Both the position numbers and the translations under genes were made by a program. DNA of 64,000 nt from Malacoraja senta. Its lineage: Eukaryota. The notes beneath the pieces were generated by a model. It was not told where the DNA came from, ran no database searches, and saw only the letters and a list, made by a program, of their open reading frames with translations. The stretch covers positions 1,674,001 to 1,738,000 of the forward strand of contig CM075998.1 in NCBI GenBank assembly GCA_038087875.1, given 5' to 3'. Positions 45,753 to 60,700 of this stretch are shown one piece after another (within the stretch, counting starts at the first letter, position 1; every line of letters starts with the position of its first letter).

Positions 45753-48700
45753 CTGTGGAGCAGAAACATACAATTACAATCAAAGACTTCAACACTTCTA
45801 GGATCAGCTTCAGGACTTCAGCCCAATTTGTAAAGTTGTAAACAGAAAGAATGGGAACTGCTTCCCACAGCTGCATGCTTTCATCACATCTGCCTTCATG
45901 GAGTCAGGAAAGTTTTGCAAAGCTCTCCATCTTTCCAGCAGAGTGGAATACAATTCAAGTGGCAACAGGTTTATTTCATTCATTTTGGCCTCAGCCCATC
46001 TGAAGTCCAACATGGAGTCTAACTTTTGAGACACTTCCCTGCCAGAACTTTTTTTTCACTTTGTGAAAACCTCGCATAATGTCAGCTTTTCCATGTAATG
46101 GGTCAATTTGTTATGTGGTTGAAGTGTGCTGATGCAGGTCACAAAACTAGACCTGGCACGTTGCAAATCACAACTGCAACAATAAACTATAAAGACTGAT
46201 TGAAAGATGAAAAATGAAAGCAGACCCTTTGGCCCACTGAGTCCATGCCACCATTGATCACACATTCACAGTAGTTCTATCTTACCCCACTTTCACATCA
46301 AGTCCCTGCATATATACCAGGGGCAATTTAAAGAAGCCAATTATCCTACAAATCTGCACGTCTTTATGATGTAGGAGGAAGAACGTGCAAACTCCATACA
46401 GACAGCACCCAAAGGTAATGATCGAACCCGGGTCTCTGGTGCTGTGAGGCAGCAGCCCCACCACCCAGAGAGAAATGGGATATGGACGCATTCTCTCCTC
46501 ACACTAGGTTATGGGACAACATCCTGATATTTCTCCCTGTTGCTAGTATTACTCACCATAACGTCTTGTTGCTCGAGTATTTTGGCCACAGGGTTGGTGC
46601 AGTTTCTGTCTCCCCTCCTATCAGGCGACAGGGCGATACGAGCAAAGCAGCAGGAAACCTCTTCATCCAGCAGAGTCTCCTGAAAACGCTTCCGGCATCC
46701 AGGACGCAGCTCACCAAACCTCCGTTTCACGCTAGACGGATGCAGCGCCCCTCTGCCTGAAGGTCAGAAGAGACAGGTTGTAAAATTCACAGCTGATCTG
46801 CAACCGGGAGTCTCATTGCATACGGACCCGAGTTGGATACATTTTACTTTCACTAATAGCTCACAAACCCACCACTCGCCTTTGTGATCGGTGGAATAGC
46901 ATACAACCAGCTTTACAATCGACAAATTAAAGCATTAATGAATGAATGAATGAATGAATACTTTATTGTCATTATAACATGTACAACGAAATTAGAAATG
47001 CCAACCAGTCAGTGCACCATTCACACATTTTCTAAGAGCAAAAGTCTAAGATAAACAACTAAAATAAATAACATGAAAAAAAAAACACATTCTGTCGATT
47101 TCACAGTCCCTTTGGTGTGTAGCACACCTGCACTCATTTGGTGGCTACATTAAGTGTAGTTATTGCTGTGGGATAAAAACTGTTTTTGAGTCTGTTTGTC
47201 CTTGTCCTCATTGATCTGTACCGTCTGCCTGACGGCAGCAGTTCAAACAGGGAGTGACCGGGGTGGAAAATGTCCTTTATGATCTTCTGGGATTTTTTGA
47301 GACAGTGGGAACTGTGTAGGTCCTCCAAGGTGCTACCATACAATGTGCTCTGATAGTGCTAGTGCTACCATACAATGTGTTACCATACCATTACATTAAA
47401 CAATAGCAATTCATTGGTTAATGATCAGGTTTGCTTAATCGATCTTAGTCTATCTTGAAGTTGGAAGTGTTGCAGGCTGAAACTCAGGGCTCAGTCTAGG
47501 CCAACACTCAAGTACATTGTGGTTATTCATCATTTGTTACACATGGGATCTTTCTATGTGCAAAATGGCCACTGTGGTTATGTATACACCTGCAGTCTTT
47601 GTATTAAATATAATTGATTGATGCATCCAGATATTGGCAAGATAGCGAAGAAAATACTACATAAATACTAAAATTCTTTTTTTGTTTTTTTAAGTTGCTT
47701 TTGTACGCAGTATGTGTTCTTAATAATGCCAATCACTTGCAGGGATTTTTTACTCCTGCTGTGCAGAGACTCAATATTGCTAATTTTTGCTGGATACCTC
47801 CAGTTCATTGCCCAAACAAGTATTCAAGTCACATGAACACGGCGCTGTGCATCTTACTTCAAAATAGATATTGTAAATCCTGGGAAAATGATGGATTATA
47901 CAAAGTGATTTATTTCGCTTCCCAAGTCACTTTGCAATTCTAGATCATTATTCATGCCGAATTGAAACATTCTCACTAGCTTTATAACCAACTAATAAAA
48001 TAAAAGATAGAGTTTTAACAGAACAAGCCATTTCATTTAAATTCTAATTTTAAAAGGATATGGAAGGCAGGTGTAGAAAGAGAAGGGGAATAGATCGAAT
48101 CGCTAAAGGCACACATGGCCATAAATAAGGGAGCTGCTGTCTATCTTAATGTCATAGCAATTCTCATCCTCCCAATACATCAGGATATTACTTCAGACAC
48201 TACACTTCTAAAAAAAGCGACAAAATAAATAATCAAAGGTAGGCAGCCAGCTGACACGGATCTGGATACACACAAGCATGTGCCAATATGAATGTTTTCT
48301 TTACCAATGGAACTTAACCCAACTCTATAAAAGTAAGAATCCATGGTTTTAGAAAGGGCAGGCCAGGTTAGGTTAAAAACAGCTGTGGTACTGCCGGTAG
48401 AGCTGCTGCCTCACAGCAGCCAGAGACACAGGTTCGATCCTGACCTCGGGTGCTGCCTGTGTGGAGTTTGCACGTTCTCCATGCGATTGTTTGGGTTTTC
48501 TCTGGGTGCTCTGTTTTCCTCCCTCATCCCAAAGACGTGCGAGTGTGTAGGTTAAGTGGCCCTCTGTAAATTGCCCCTTGTGCGCAGGGAGTGGACGCAA
48601 AAGTAAAATAACATGGAATGAGTGTAAACGCATGATTGACGGTCAGCGTGCACTTTGTGGGCCGAAGGGTCGGTTTCCATGCCGTAACTTTCAATTCAAC

Positions 48701-51700
48701 GTTTCATTGTGACTTTCTGCACCTTAACAGGAAAGTAACTCACCTGCTTGACCACTAGAATAGGGGGATTGGAATTTGAACCCAGTTGTGAGTAAGTGAG
48801 CAGAGCTGCAGCTAACAGGTGTGGGCAGAGTGTCCGTCACATTCAAAAGGGGCTCGGTGGAAGGAAGCAGGATCTCAGACTGGCGGGTGACTGTGCAAAG
48901 ATCTTTTACAGCTCCAGAAACACCATTAATATTTCGTGAGCAGTCCGCCGGTGTGGGTGTTGGATTGGAGACCAGTTCAGTGCGCTCAGAAGGCCGAAGG
49001 CATCCTTCAGCTTCAGCTTGCTTCGAGGCAGTGGCAATTGGACAACTTTGCAAGATGGCACCAGGCAGGTTGGGAAATCCTTGCGAGAAGAGGGGAACCC
49101 TTTCATCACAGTTGCTTTCTGTAAGCGTCTCTTCTATCACCTTCACCTCCTGAATTTCTTTCTGCAGAAGTTGAGCAAGAAGTTCGATTTTCTGTAAAAG
49201 CAAAATTTAAAAAATTACAGAGACCTTGAAGGAAATAAGAAAAGGAAAAAAAGTGACAGAATTATTTCACTTACTCTGGAAATACATGGCACAAAGAGAT
49301 GCATACACTGGCTTATATTGATGCTGGAGAAACTCAGCGGGTGCAGCAGCATCTATGGAGCAAAGGAAATAGGCAACGTTTCGGGCCGAAACGTTGCCTA
49401 TTTCCTTCGCTCCATAGATGCTGCTGCACCCGCTGAGTTTCTCCAGCATTTTTGTGTACTGAACGAGCTTCTCCTTTCTGATCAATGCAATGACTATTAT
49501 GGGCATTTATTTATCACGTGGGTGAAATTCATTTTTGTACAGTTCAGTGCAAGTATCACTATACATAAGCACTTAGATACATATTAGATAAGCATCACTG
49601 ATACAGTACAAGTGTACAGCAGTAGTACGCTGAGACAGTATACGGAGTCACCAGTTTGGCTCCATTTTCAAGTCCCAGTGGTTGGAAGTGCAGGGATCGT
49701 GATCTGACCATGAAGGTCTGTTGTCCTGGCAGCTTTGCAGGGGCGGCCTGGCCAAGCGTTGCATTAGTACACAGAACTACAATGTTGTAGCCATTACAGA
49801 GACTTGGCTGAGAGAAGGGCAGAACCAACCAGCAAAACACAGTAGATGCTCAACCATCGCACAGTGAGGAGTGAAGAACACAATTGGCAGCTCAGAACGG
49901 AGAAGCTCGTTCAGTAGCAGTCTGGAACAGTAGACAGGGGAAGCTCAGTCCATTATCAAAGAACACAAAAAAGGGAATTTAAAACATTCCCACTCAGTAC
50001 TTTATTTGCAAAGTTACATCAATTAAGCCATATGGCTGTTTTCATTTAGTTCAAAGCTTTTTTTTATACTAAAAGGATGTGGGAGGAGAAAAGTCAGTTA
50101 TGCCTGTCTCCCACTGCAAAATGTAACATTGTTGGAAGAAAATAGGAAGAAAGTTAATCAGGCCGTATAAAGACCAGGTTCTTATTGCACCCAAGTGATG
50201 AAAAGTCAAGCAACAACATTCCTGGAAGCATAGGTGCAAGTATCTATCAGAGGGCTTGAAATAGCCAGTAATCACTTGTTCTTGTACCTTTAGCTTTTCC
50301 AGCTTTAGGTCCATAAGTACTGGACTCTCCTGAGACTTTGCTCCTTCTAGTTCTTGCTTCAAGCTTGGCATCTCTGGTACCTTCTCGACTTCATTTGGAT
50401 CATCTGGATCATTAAAAAGACGAAGTACGATCTGATCCTAAAATAGAGAGCGTGTCAAATCCATTACACAGTCAAAATCACATCACTCATTCTTTGAAAG
50501 CACGAGGCTCGGGTTATTGAAGATGATGAATATGATCACACATCAATGATTTCAAAACCAGTTTGAACAGTGACAATACAGTGTAATATTTAACCGAAGA
50601 TAGACATAAAATGCTAGAGTGGCTCAGTGGGACAGACAGCATGGGAGACGTTTCGGGTCGAGGTCCTTCAGAAGTAATATTTAATCACATCACTCAACAA
50701 CGTTACATCTGGAAGGAGAACAATTCTTAAAGATTCTTTACAGAGGAGGAGAATAAAAAAGATTCCAAACCACAATGCAAGTGTTATGGCAGGTAGCTGA
50801 CAGATTGGTGAGATGTTTTTTTACTCTTCCAATTCTCCTCCGCCACCTGCACTGGACAAGTTATAAAGTGCCCCATGGTTCAATTGAAATCGAGGTATCG
50901 GCCACCCACCATTGGATCCTTTGCATTGTCTGATGCACTGCTCCCAGTAGCCTTGCCCTTTGCAAGGCGAACATCTGACCATTTCACATACTTGAACGTT
51001 GCACCCTGCAAGAATGAAAGGGGGCGAGGTTAACAAAAGATGTTCAATGCCTGTGAATGACAAAGTAACCAGGAATTCTCAGCACATTCACACAAGAGAA
51101 AGAATAAGACAGAAAGAGCAGGTACAGTTGTTTGCGTATTAGCTGTAATTGGAAACGTTTTAAGGGCTGAAAATGATCTTTTAATAGATCACTCTATTAC
51201 ACGAGAGCAATGATTTTGAACCAGCAAATGACCACTTTTAAAGATTTGATGGCAACGCAAGTACACATGCAGGAATTCTTTATTAGGCTGATGAGACCAT
51301 ATTGTCACTAAATACAGTGGGAGCATTTCAGTGAAGAATGTTTATTAACTTGTTCTTCAACTAAATAGTGTTGAATTGCACTTGCAATCTAATATAGCAA
51401 ATGTAATTTAGCTAAACAGAGCATGTGGAGAAATTCTGTTCACATTTTAATTAAAACCACTGTTGAAACACGTCAAACTAAGTATAGTGAAACTCCATTA
51501 ACATGGCATGCTTGGGGCTCCAGAGGTGACGGAGTAGCGGATTTTATTAATACTAATCAGATTAATTTTACCACTTCTAATTATTTTATTATTTTTTTTT
51601 ATTTACAGTTAGTTACAGAAACATTTTAGTAAACCCAGTAAATTTCTTGGAAGAGTGGCCAACAGTGTTTAGCGAGTGTGGAAACTGGGACATAGGCGAG

Positions 51701-54700
51701 TGAAAATGGCAAACATCACCTGATGCTGAATCATGAGGCTGGTGGGGCAGCAGATTCTCAGTGTTACTGCAGCAGATAGGAGAACCGCAACTTTCATTTT
51801 ATTCTCAACAGATCCCTTTGCTGGGATGGTGCTGGAAATTTATTTTGATACCAGCCCAATAATACTTGGCCATACAGTGCATATCACCAGACGTTTGGTC
51901 AAGAGAGGGGAGTTGGATAGGAATATAAGAAAGATGGAATCAATTGGCTGAGTATGGGCATAATCCACTTCCTCTGGAATATCAAATGGCTTGGGGGGGG
52001 AAGAGAAGTCAAAAAAACAGATTATTTAAATGGAGAGAGACAAAGTGAGTGAAGTACAGAAAGATCCACAGGTTCTAGTGCAGGAATAACAAGAAGCCAG
52101 CAGGCAGGTCCAACGCGATCATTAGAAGTATTTAAAATGGAGGCAGATAAATATTTGATAGTTCGAAGAATAGAGGGGCGTGGAGAAATAGCTCAGGAGA
52201 GGAGTTGCACCATCTATTACTAGTTTATCATTATCAATCCGAGAAAATCTAACAGACAGACCGCCATGAAAATGAAAGTCAGATGTATACTGACCATACT
52301 GGAGGGGGGAGCAAGCATGCGGCTTGGATGCCAGGCGTTTTCACATGGAGTGCGAGTACTGCTGAAAGGACAGTTAGATGGTCGTAAGGCTCCATCGGGT
52401 GTTTGCATGGCTGGAGATAAAAGAGAAGATTTTATGTTCAGCATCACCACAGAACAGTACAGTCCCTTCGGCCCACAATTTACGTACCAAAAATTATGCC
52501 AAGACAAACGCTTATCTACCTGCACATAATTCATAACCCTCCAATCCCTAGACAATCCAACTCTACCTTAATAATATTTATTTGCCATTTGTGAGCTTCA
52601 CTGTTGAGTCTCACAACTCTTGCTGTAAAGAAGCTTCTCATAGTAGCAAATGCATTTTAAATAAAAGGACACAATGTGCTGGAGTAATTCACGAGGTCAG
52701 GCAGCATCCTTTGAGAACATGCATAGTTGTACGTTTTGGGTTGAGACTCTTCTTCAGACTGATTGGGGGGGGGGGGGGTTAAGGAAAGAGTGATGACACA
52801 GGCAAGAGAGGGGGCGTTTGATAGACAGATGGTTGGAACAAAGGGACAAAGACAAAAAGATAAGAAAGGAAGGAAGGTTGAAGACAGGTTTGAAGATTTG
52901 CGGATTGCAAAGCCAGAGGGAGGAAATTGGCAGGGGGGGGGGGGGTATTTTCAGTCTCTGCCCTTGCAGTAAGGCTCTCATCCATGCTTTTATTTACTCT
53001 CAAACATAACTAATACAAAATTCACCCATGTGAATTTGTTGGCGTCTCAGCAGGATGCACAAGAGAAAAGTGTATAGGAAATCAATACACAGACCACTAG
53101 TTCAAAGTGAACACAATTGATCCTTCTCATATAAAGCTCTGCCACTGCATTCAAATTTATACCAAGTGGAGACTTTGAATTTGTGTGCATTCTATAATAG
53201 TTGAATTACTAATACGTAATTGGAAGATGTGGGTTCAATCTTCATTATTGAGCAGTTCTTGATGACGATACCAAAATCAAAAACAGTAACAACACTGGGC
53301 TAATCACCTGGCTCCTGATATTCAGCTGAGAACAGCACTTGGACCAGACCAGCCAACTTGCCCAGTCATTGTCACAGTGGGGCCCGCCATGCACAAATCA
53401 GCTGCCACATATCTCTGCATTATAGTGGTGACTGGACTTCAAAAACATTCTCGGTAGAGTATGGAAACAGGCTATTGAGCCCAACATGCCCCCGTCTACT
53501 CTAGTCACACCTGTCTGCTTTTTCCCCATATCCCTCTAAACCTATCCTGTCCATGTACCTGTCCAAATTTCCTTTAAATGTTATTGTTGTACCTGCCTCA
53601 ACTACATACCCTGGCAACTCGTTCTAATATATCCATCACCCTCTGATTATGAAGCATTTTCAGACAGTAGAGCAAGCTGTTAAGGCAAATACACTTTTTT
53701 TTCCACCTACCTTTGGCGTGTGGTTTCCAGGCGCAGGAGACTCTGGCAGAAACGGACGTGGGAGAAGCAGAGCTAGAGGATTCACTGGGTTCTTCCCCCT
53801 GGAGAGAGGCAAAGAAAGTGTTACATAGTTCTTCAATTATGAAAAGGGGTCAAAAATGAACAAAGGCCAAACTATTGAACGAGATAATTCTAACAAGGGG
53901 AGTAAAAGATAGTGGTTTTACTGGCATGGCTGCAATTAATACAAATTATTTCTTCACTCTTACCATTAGCCAAATTGGAATTGCAGGAGTCCCAAGTTAA
54001 AAGTTTGACCTTTGCTCAAAAACAACAGTGGTCACAAATGTACTGAAGTTTGTGATTAGTTTTTTTTTAAATGTTAAATGTTACCACAAATTATAGAATA
54101 TAGAAGAGTATAGCACAAAGACAGCCCCTTAGGTCCAACAAAGTCTCTGCTGCACATGATACCAAGAGAAACTAATCTCCTCTGCCTGTACATGATCCAT
54201 ATCCCTCCATATCCATGTGCCTATCTAGAAGCCTCTTAAATGCCACTATCATATTTGCCTCCTCTACCACCCCTGGCAGAGTTCCAGGCATCCACCACTC
54301 TTGTGTAAAAATAAACTTGCTCTTCTATTCCACATTCTAAAGACTACAGACCACACGTCCTTCCTCCATTCTTTAATTTCCACTTTGCAAAAATGCGCTA
54401 TAGACGGGCCAGTTTAATCCTTTGCATCAATCATACCTGCTCTATATTTGCTGTAAAAACTAAACTAACGGATGTGAGGAAAGCAGAGATGTCATTTTGG
54501 ATTTACTTGACACAGCTGACACATTAGTTGGCGAGTAGGAGAATAAATATCTCGGCATGGCTTTCTTCACCCCATCGAAGCAGGTCATATTAAGTTTATA
54601 TTTCCTTGGCGAATGACATCCCGTCTGTGTGAATTTGCTGGCGTCTCAGCAGGATGAATAAGAGAGAAGCTGCCCTTTTTCCATTAGGCCAAGATTGGGT

Positions 54701-57700
54701 CTAACATGAATAGCTACTTCCGAAACAGAACATCATAATCAAACCCCTTCACCAGCATCCACCTATCACTCGCCAAGCTTTGTGCCACACCCCACCTACT
54801 ACAATCAGTCTGAAGGGTCCCGACCCAAAACATTGCCTGTCCATTCCCTCCACATATGCTGCCTGACCCGCTGAGCTACTCCAACACTTTGTGTTTTGCT
54901 CGAGAATATTATACTGCAATTGGCTTAATCATCCATCCCCATGTTTTGAAAGCTGGAGTAGGGAGAAAAGGAAGGAAATAAAGAAATGTATAACTCACAA
55001 GGACAAAGAATACCAAGTGCTATTATCCAGAGACATTTAAAAAGACTTTTACAGACCAAGTCGGGGTCATCAGGTTTATGCCTGGCTGGTTTCTTGGAGG
55101 AGAAATGGAGTCGGCTGCTCACTTCGTTATACAGTTTCAATGGCTGAAGAATTCTGTTTGGAGTAGTTATTTCAGAAGCTGAAAGAAAATGGAAACTTAA
55201 GTTGCTCTTGTACAATGGTAAAATAATAGGAATGAAATGCACTTTATCTGAACATTTTTGTAATTTGCCATTTCAGAAATCAGATCTTGAACAAAGCCAA
55301 GCATAGAGACGTACAATAAAAACACAGCAGGTCAATCAATGAAAGTGGGGGGGGGGGTGGAAGGATGAGAAAGTCTACAGTAGAAAACTAAATCAGTGTA
55401 TTTTCGGCTCATCATCTCCAGTCAAGTAAAAAAATAATGACCAAGTGCAGCTGGTGACCTGGTTGATACCTTGCTCAGTCACTGCAAGAGGAGGAGAAAT
55501 AGAAAGTTGGTTGCTAGAAATATCTCCTAAAACAATCTATTCTTTCCATGAGGTACATTGCCATTGTACATTTGACACAGTGAATCTTCTGACACAAGTT
55601 ATCCAGCATCCAACTCTTGCTCCTGCAGGATTGTGCAACCATTTGATCGCCGGTTGTCTTCCCCCATGGTGCAGCACAGTGGTGCAGCGGTAGAGTTGCT
55701 GCCTCACAGCGCCAGAGACCCGGGTTCAATCCTGACTATGGGTGCTGTCTGTATGGAGTTTGTACGTTTTCCCTGTGACCTGCATGGGTTTTCACCGAGA
55801 TCTTCGGTTTCCTCCCACACACCAAAGACGTATAGGTTTGAAAGTTAGTTGGCATGCTATCAATGTAAAATTATCCCTAGTATGTGTCGGATAGTGTTAG
55901 TGTGCGGGGATCGCAAGTCGGTGCGGACTCGGTGGGCTAAAATGCCCGTTTTCACGCTGTGTCTCTAAACTAAACTATCAAAGTGCTAGCAACAGGAAGG
56001 GCAAGCATAAAAAGATGTCCCATCTATTATACTATACATTATACGCATCGACATAGAAACCATTCCTCGCATTAGACTACAGCACAGCCCTTCCACAATT
56101 AAACACTCTTTGGCACCTCCTCTGGCTTAGTGTAGAACACTAGCCAACGGCTGTCTGTTTAGTGATTGCATTAAATGGCAATTTCTAAATGAAATTAAAA
56201 ATACAAACCATATATATTTTTTAAAACAGTGTTGAGTTTGGTGCACCAGTTTTGTGTTCTATGCAGGTGGATAGGTCAAAAACTATTGACAAAATGGGAG
56301 AAGGACAAGGCTGAACAAAAATCATGGATACTAATCATGTCACGACAAATCCTCTCTCTTTCCCATTCCATGCCCACTCTACCAGGTCCTGTATGTGGAT
56401 TAAAACAAATCTGTACAGCAGCTTACCCTTGGTATCTAGTTTGGCAATGCAGGAAGCACGGCCCAAGGCAAATGGGAGAGCAGGGCGATTACAGGGCATA
56501 TAGGATGATCTTCCAATCTGCAAAAAAAATGGTAAAATTAAACAAACTAGGCTGTATTCACTTGGTTCAGAGGAGCGATTGAAACACACAAAAGATCGGG
56601 AAGAGCCTGCACTGGGCAGATTTGGAGAGGACATTTCCTCTTGTCGAACCAACAACCAAAAGTCACTGCTTACTTTCCCACTATTTATTTTCTCTGTGCA
56701 AGGTCGAGAGGTTTTGGAACTCTCTCCCTCAAAAGGGTGGTGGAACAGTTTCTTTGAATATTTAAGGGAATGGAAGATAGATACTGGATAAGCAAACAGG
56801 ATGAAGGTAGATGGGAATACGTAGTTGAAGTGACAATTAGATCAGACAATCTTAAAAAAGGCAATTCCAGCGCCAGATAACTTTCACAAATGGAGTGAAC
56901 ATAGTAAAGGTTTCACACGCCATCGCGAGTGATGAGCTCTGATCAATAAGGGAAGATTATGATTCACGAGACGTTTCCCTAATGTAATAACTACACTTCA
57001 GAAGTAGCGCATGGATTCAGGAAGGGTTTGGATTGCCTTTAGAATGGCAATGATGCTGCAAAACAACATTTTCTCCTTTCAAAATCTCAGAGACATAATG
57101 TTAAGTTAAATAAACTGGAACAAACTGTAATTCAATTACACTCCTCTGACAAGTTGAATGTTTGAGGGTCAGCCAGCATTCTAATATGCAAATCAATGAG
57201 CAGTAGGTGCTGGAAATACTTAGGTCATCTGTGGAAAGGGAAACAGTTAACTTTTCATATCCAGGAGTCAAACGTGCTCAGAGACTCACACAGCACATTG
57301 CTTGAAATCTCCAAACTTAAAAAAAAAAAAGCAATGTATATACCGGAGTTGAATTATTTGCCCTCATTCACCATTTGGCCATCGCACAGAAGTAAAGTCA
57401 TTGGTTAGGATTTATTTGCATGTGCCATTTACAACCTTGGGAAGGCCAAAAGCACTATATAGCCATTGAACTAACATGCAAAACTGTGTCACTGCTGCAT
57501 TCCATTAAACACAGCAGTAATTTGTACACAGCAAGGTCCCGCAAACAGGAATGTGATAATGGGCAGATGACCTGTTCCCCTGACAAATATGGGTTGGAGC
57601 ACCGTCGTCTGATGGCAAGGACCAGAAGCAGCTCCTGATAGGCAGAATCGGGCCACGCAACAAGAGAACATGAGCAATACTATGCCCCTGAATGCAAAAT

Positions 57701-60700
57701 AAGACACATCGTGTTCCAAGGATTGATAATTCCAAATATTGGAGACACGGTTGTCTCTGCAACTAGGTGGGTGCCTATCGTAGATTGCACAATCTTCTAG
57801 GTTGTGACTTCCGACAGTTATTATCCCAAAGGTCAGTGCTTCTTCGTCAGCAGTGCAATGGATGGAACAATGCGCGGTAGCTTGCGAACTGCTCGTCACT
57901 TCAAGGTGCTGTATAGCAAAGCGCTTCATAGCAAATATTTTCCCCTGCACAAGTCGGTCAAAGTGAGTGTCATTTTCCAGGGAGAGACACAAAATGCTGA
58001 AGAAACTCAGTAGGTTAGGAAGCATGCCTGGAGAATAGACATCAGGAGCATCGAATGCAGTAGATAAGGTTAGAGGAGGTGCACGTGAACCTCCGTCTCA
58101 TCTGGAAGGGCTGCTGGGCTTTAATTCCCCTACTATCATCAGGTTAAAGAAGGGTCCTGACTTAAAACATTGCCTATCCATGTTCTCCAGAGATGCTGCA
58201 TGACCTGCTGAGTTGCTCCAGAACTTTGTGCCTCTTTGTAAACCAGCATCTGCAGTTCCTTGTGTCTACCTTTTCCAAAGAATCCTTGCTCACTGTACTA
58301 GCCAGAACCGCACGTAACAGGTCAGTCTTTGTTATTTTACACGAGCCAAAAGTAGCAACAAACTCAGAATTAAAGCATGGTATAGGAAAATTACGACCAA
58401 AATTGCGCACAAAGATTACTTAGCTCTCGTCTAAAAAATGTGCTTTATGAGATAATAAGTCCAGATAGCATTTGGAAACAAGTATTAATTGTGGTAAAGG
58501 CCTACAGATAAACTGCTTACAAATATAGGCAGTTTAATTTTGCAGCAAACACCTTGAGCATTCTTTACAAAATAACCTACCATAAATGGGTTTTGCGCAG
58601 GATACTTGCAATGGAGTACACTGTTCTTCACAGGGGCTTGACTTATCATGCTAGTTTTGCCACAGAGGATGCTGAAAGTATTCCTGCCATCAACAGTCGA
58701 GCTGGCACTCCCCAGTGCCATACCTTTGTTATTACCTACATTAAGAAAATCCACACAAAATAAGAAACGTAGAGCCACGGTCTCTGCACAGCTTCCATTA
58801 TGAACAATGTTACTGGTTTGAAATATACAAAAATTGTTTAAAATGCAGGAAAAATACCTGGATTCAGGTTAGCCTGTTCAGGATTTTGGATGTTCTTTTT
58901 CACAGACACTCCATTTGCCAGACTGGGTTTGTTATTAATAATACTAAAAGCATCAATTCCAACATTCGATAGGATGCTCTGTAATGCCATTGGATTGCCC
59001 ACAAAATCTCCATCACTATTGCCTACAATTGTACAGAAAAGAGTTATTCTGAATGCTGCCAAATGCAAACACTGCCCCCACTTTAAACATGCAAAGCGCC
59101 AGTACTGTAGTGTACGCAAGGTTAGAAAAGGAATAATGGAGAGGGGGGGTGGGAGGAGAGGGCCGGGGAACCGGGGCAGCCACGTTGCTCATGCATAGAG
59201 CGGCATGGACACGCGATGAACATCCTTCCATATGAAACCCGTGTCGTTCAGTAGTTCAAAATATCAAATCCTTAAACTATTCGTCTACATAATCATAGAG
59301 AATCAAAAATACGTTCAAGTCTGTTTTGGAAAAGTCCAGTGTGCATTAACTTCCACTGGAAGGGATTTCTGAGCAAATGAATCTTCAGTATAAAAATGGA
59401 ATTGGTGTAAAATGAGTGGTTGGGCATGGACTCCGTGGGCTGAAGGGCCTGCTTCTGTGCCGTCTCTTGCTATGGCTACGATCCACATGATAAAGGGTCA
59501 GATTAAGCACATGAAAAGTAGGCATACAAGATACCTTTATCGTGAATGAATTTGCAGGCTTCTATATAGGTAGCTAACAGAAAATGGTAAAGCTAACTCT
59601 AATCTCTCTTCACTCAGAACGAATGAGAACTCCATAATAAATGTGAAAATCCTATAAAGGGACATGCATGTGGCAAGCAGCATATCCAGGTAAAAGTAGT
59701 TCACACCTGCAAGATTTGATAAGCATTTACAAGAACAAGATAGATATCCAGTGGACACTGCGCTTCTGGCTCCGGCTCCAAAGATGTGGGCCCAACCATG
59801 CAAAGGAGACTGTGTCATCATGCTTAATATCTGTTTCGGAGCATCGTCTTGATCAGTACCGTGCTACGTCAGTTGGTTTTGGCGTGAATCCTATCTGATT
59901 AAATACCTTTAGCCTGTATACACTGGCCAAATAGGTTTCCACCCATGGATATAATGAGAGGGCGGCACGGTGGCGCAGCAGTAGAGTTACTGCCTTACAG
60001 CACCAGACACCCAGTTTGATCCTGACTACCGGCGCTGTCTGTACGGAGTTTGTACGTTCTCCCTGTGATCACGTGGGTTTTCTCCGGGTGCTCTTGTTCC
60101 ACATTCCAAAGACATGCGGGTTGTTGGTTAATTGGCTTCTGTATATTGTCCCTAGTGTGTAGGATAGAACTAGTGTACGGGAGATCACTGGTCGCCACAG
60201 ACTCGGTGGGGCCAAGGGCCTGCTTCCACGCTGCAACTCTACAACTAAAAATAAATAAATGCACATTCCCTCTTATCCAGTGGGCAAGTACAGAGATTGT
60301 GGGTTAGGTGTCAGCCAAGACTGGATATCTCCTATGAAGCAGTCAATTGGTCAAATTTTGGTTTACAGAAGTTTGCTTGCATATGGAAACAGGCATCAGT
60401 TTATGAACGCAAAAAATCTTGCAAGCAAACACGGCGTGCCACCTCCGAGATCACAGCGATTATTGGCTTTATGCATCCTTTTGCGCCATTTTTCAAGCAA
60501 CAACTTTGTACACGGGGAGAAGAGATATGCACCAATTTCACCAGCAAGTTCCCCTCAAGGACAGGGAGATCAGTAATCGCAGATGGTTCCGTGCCCACGG
60601 CAGAAAAAAATCCGTTGTGCTGTCTGGTGAATAAAGCACTCGAAGATTATGTTGTAATTCAAGAAATGCAGCAGCCAATTTGCATACAGCAAGCTTCCTG

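Noticed and set aside
54508-54700. Exon-like segment in a TROAP intron
   Set aside because: Stops in all three frames, and flanking exons already join in phase
58270-58410. Possible extra TROAP exon (ORF 58174..58410)
   Set aside because: No good acceptor; the apparent donor is the edge of a repeat; phases are consistent without it
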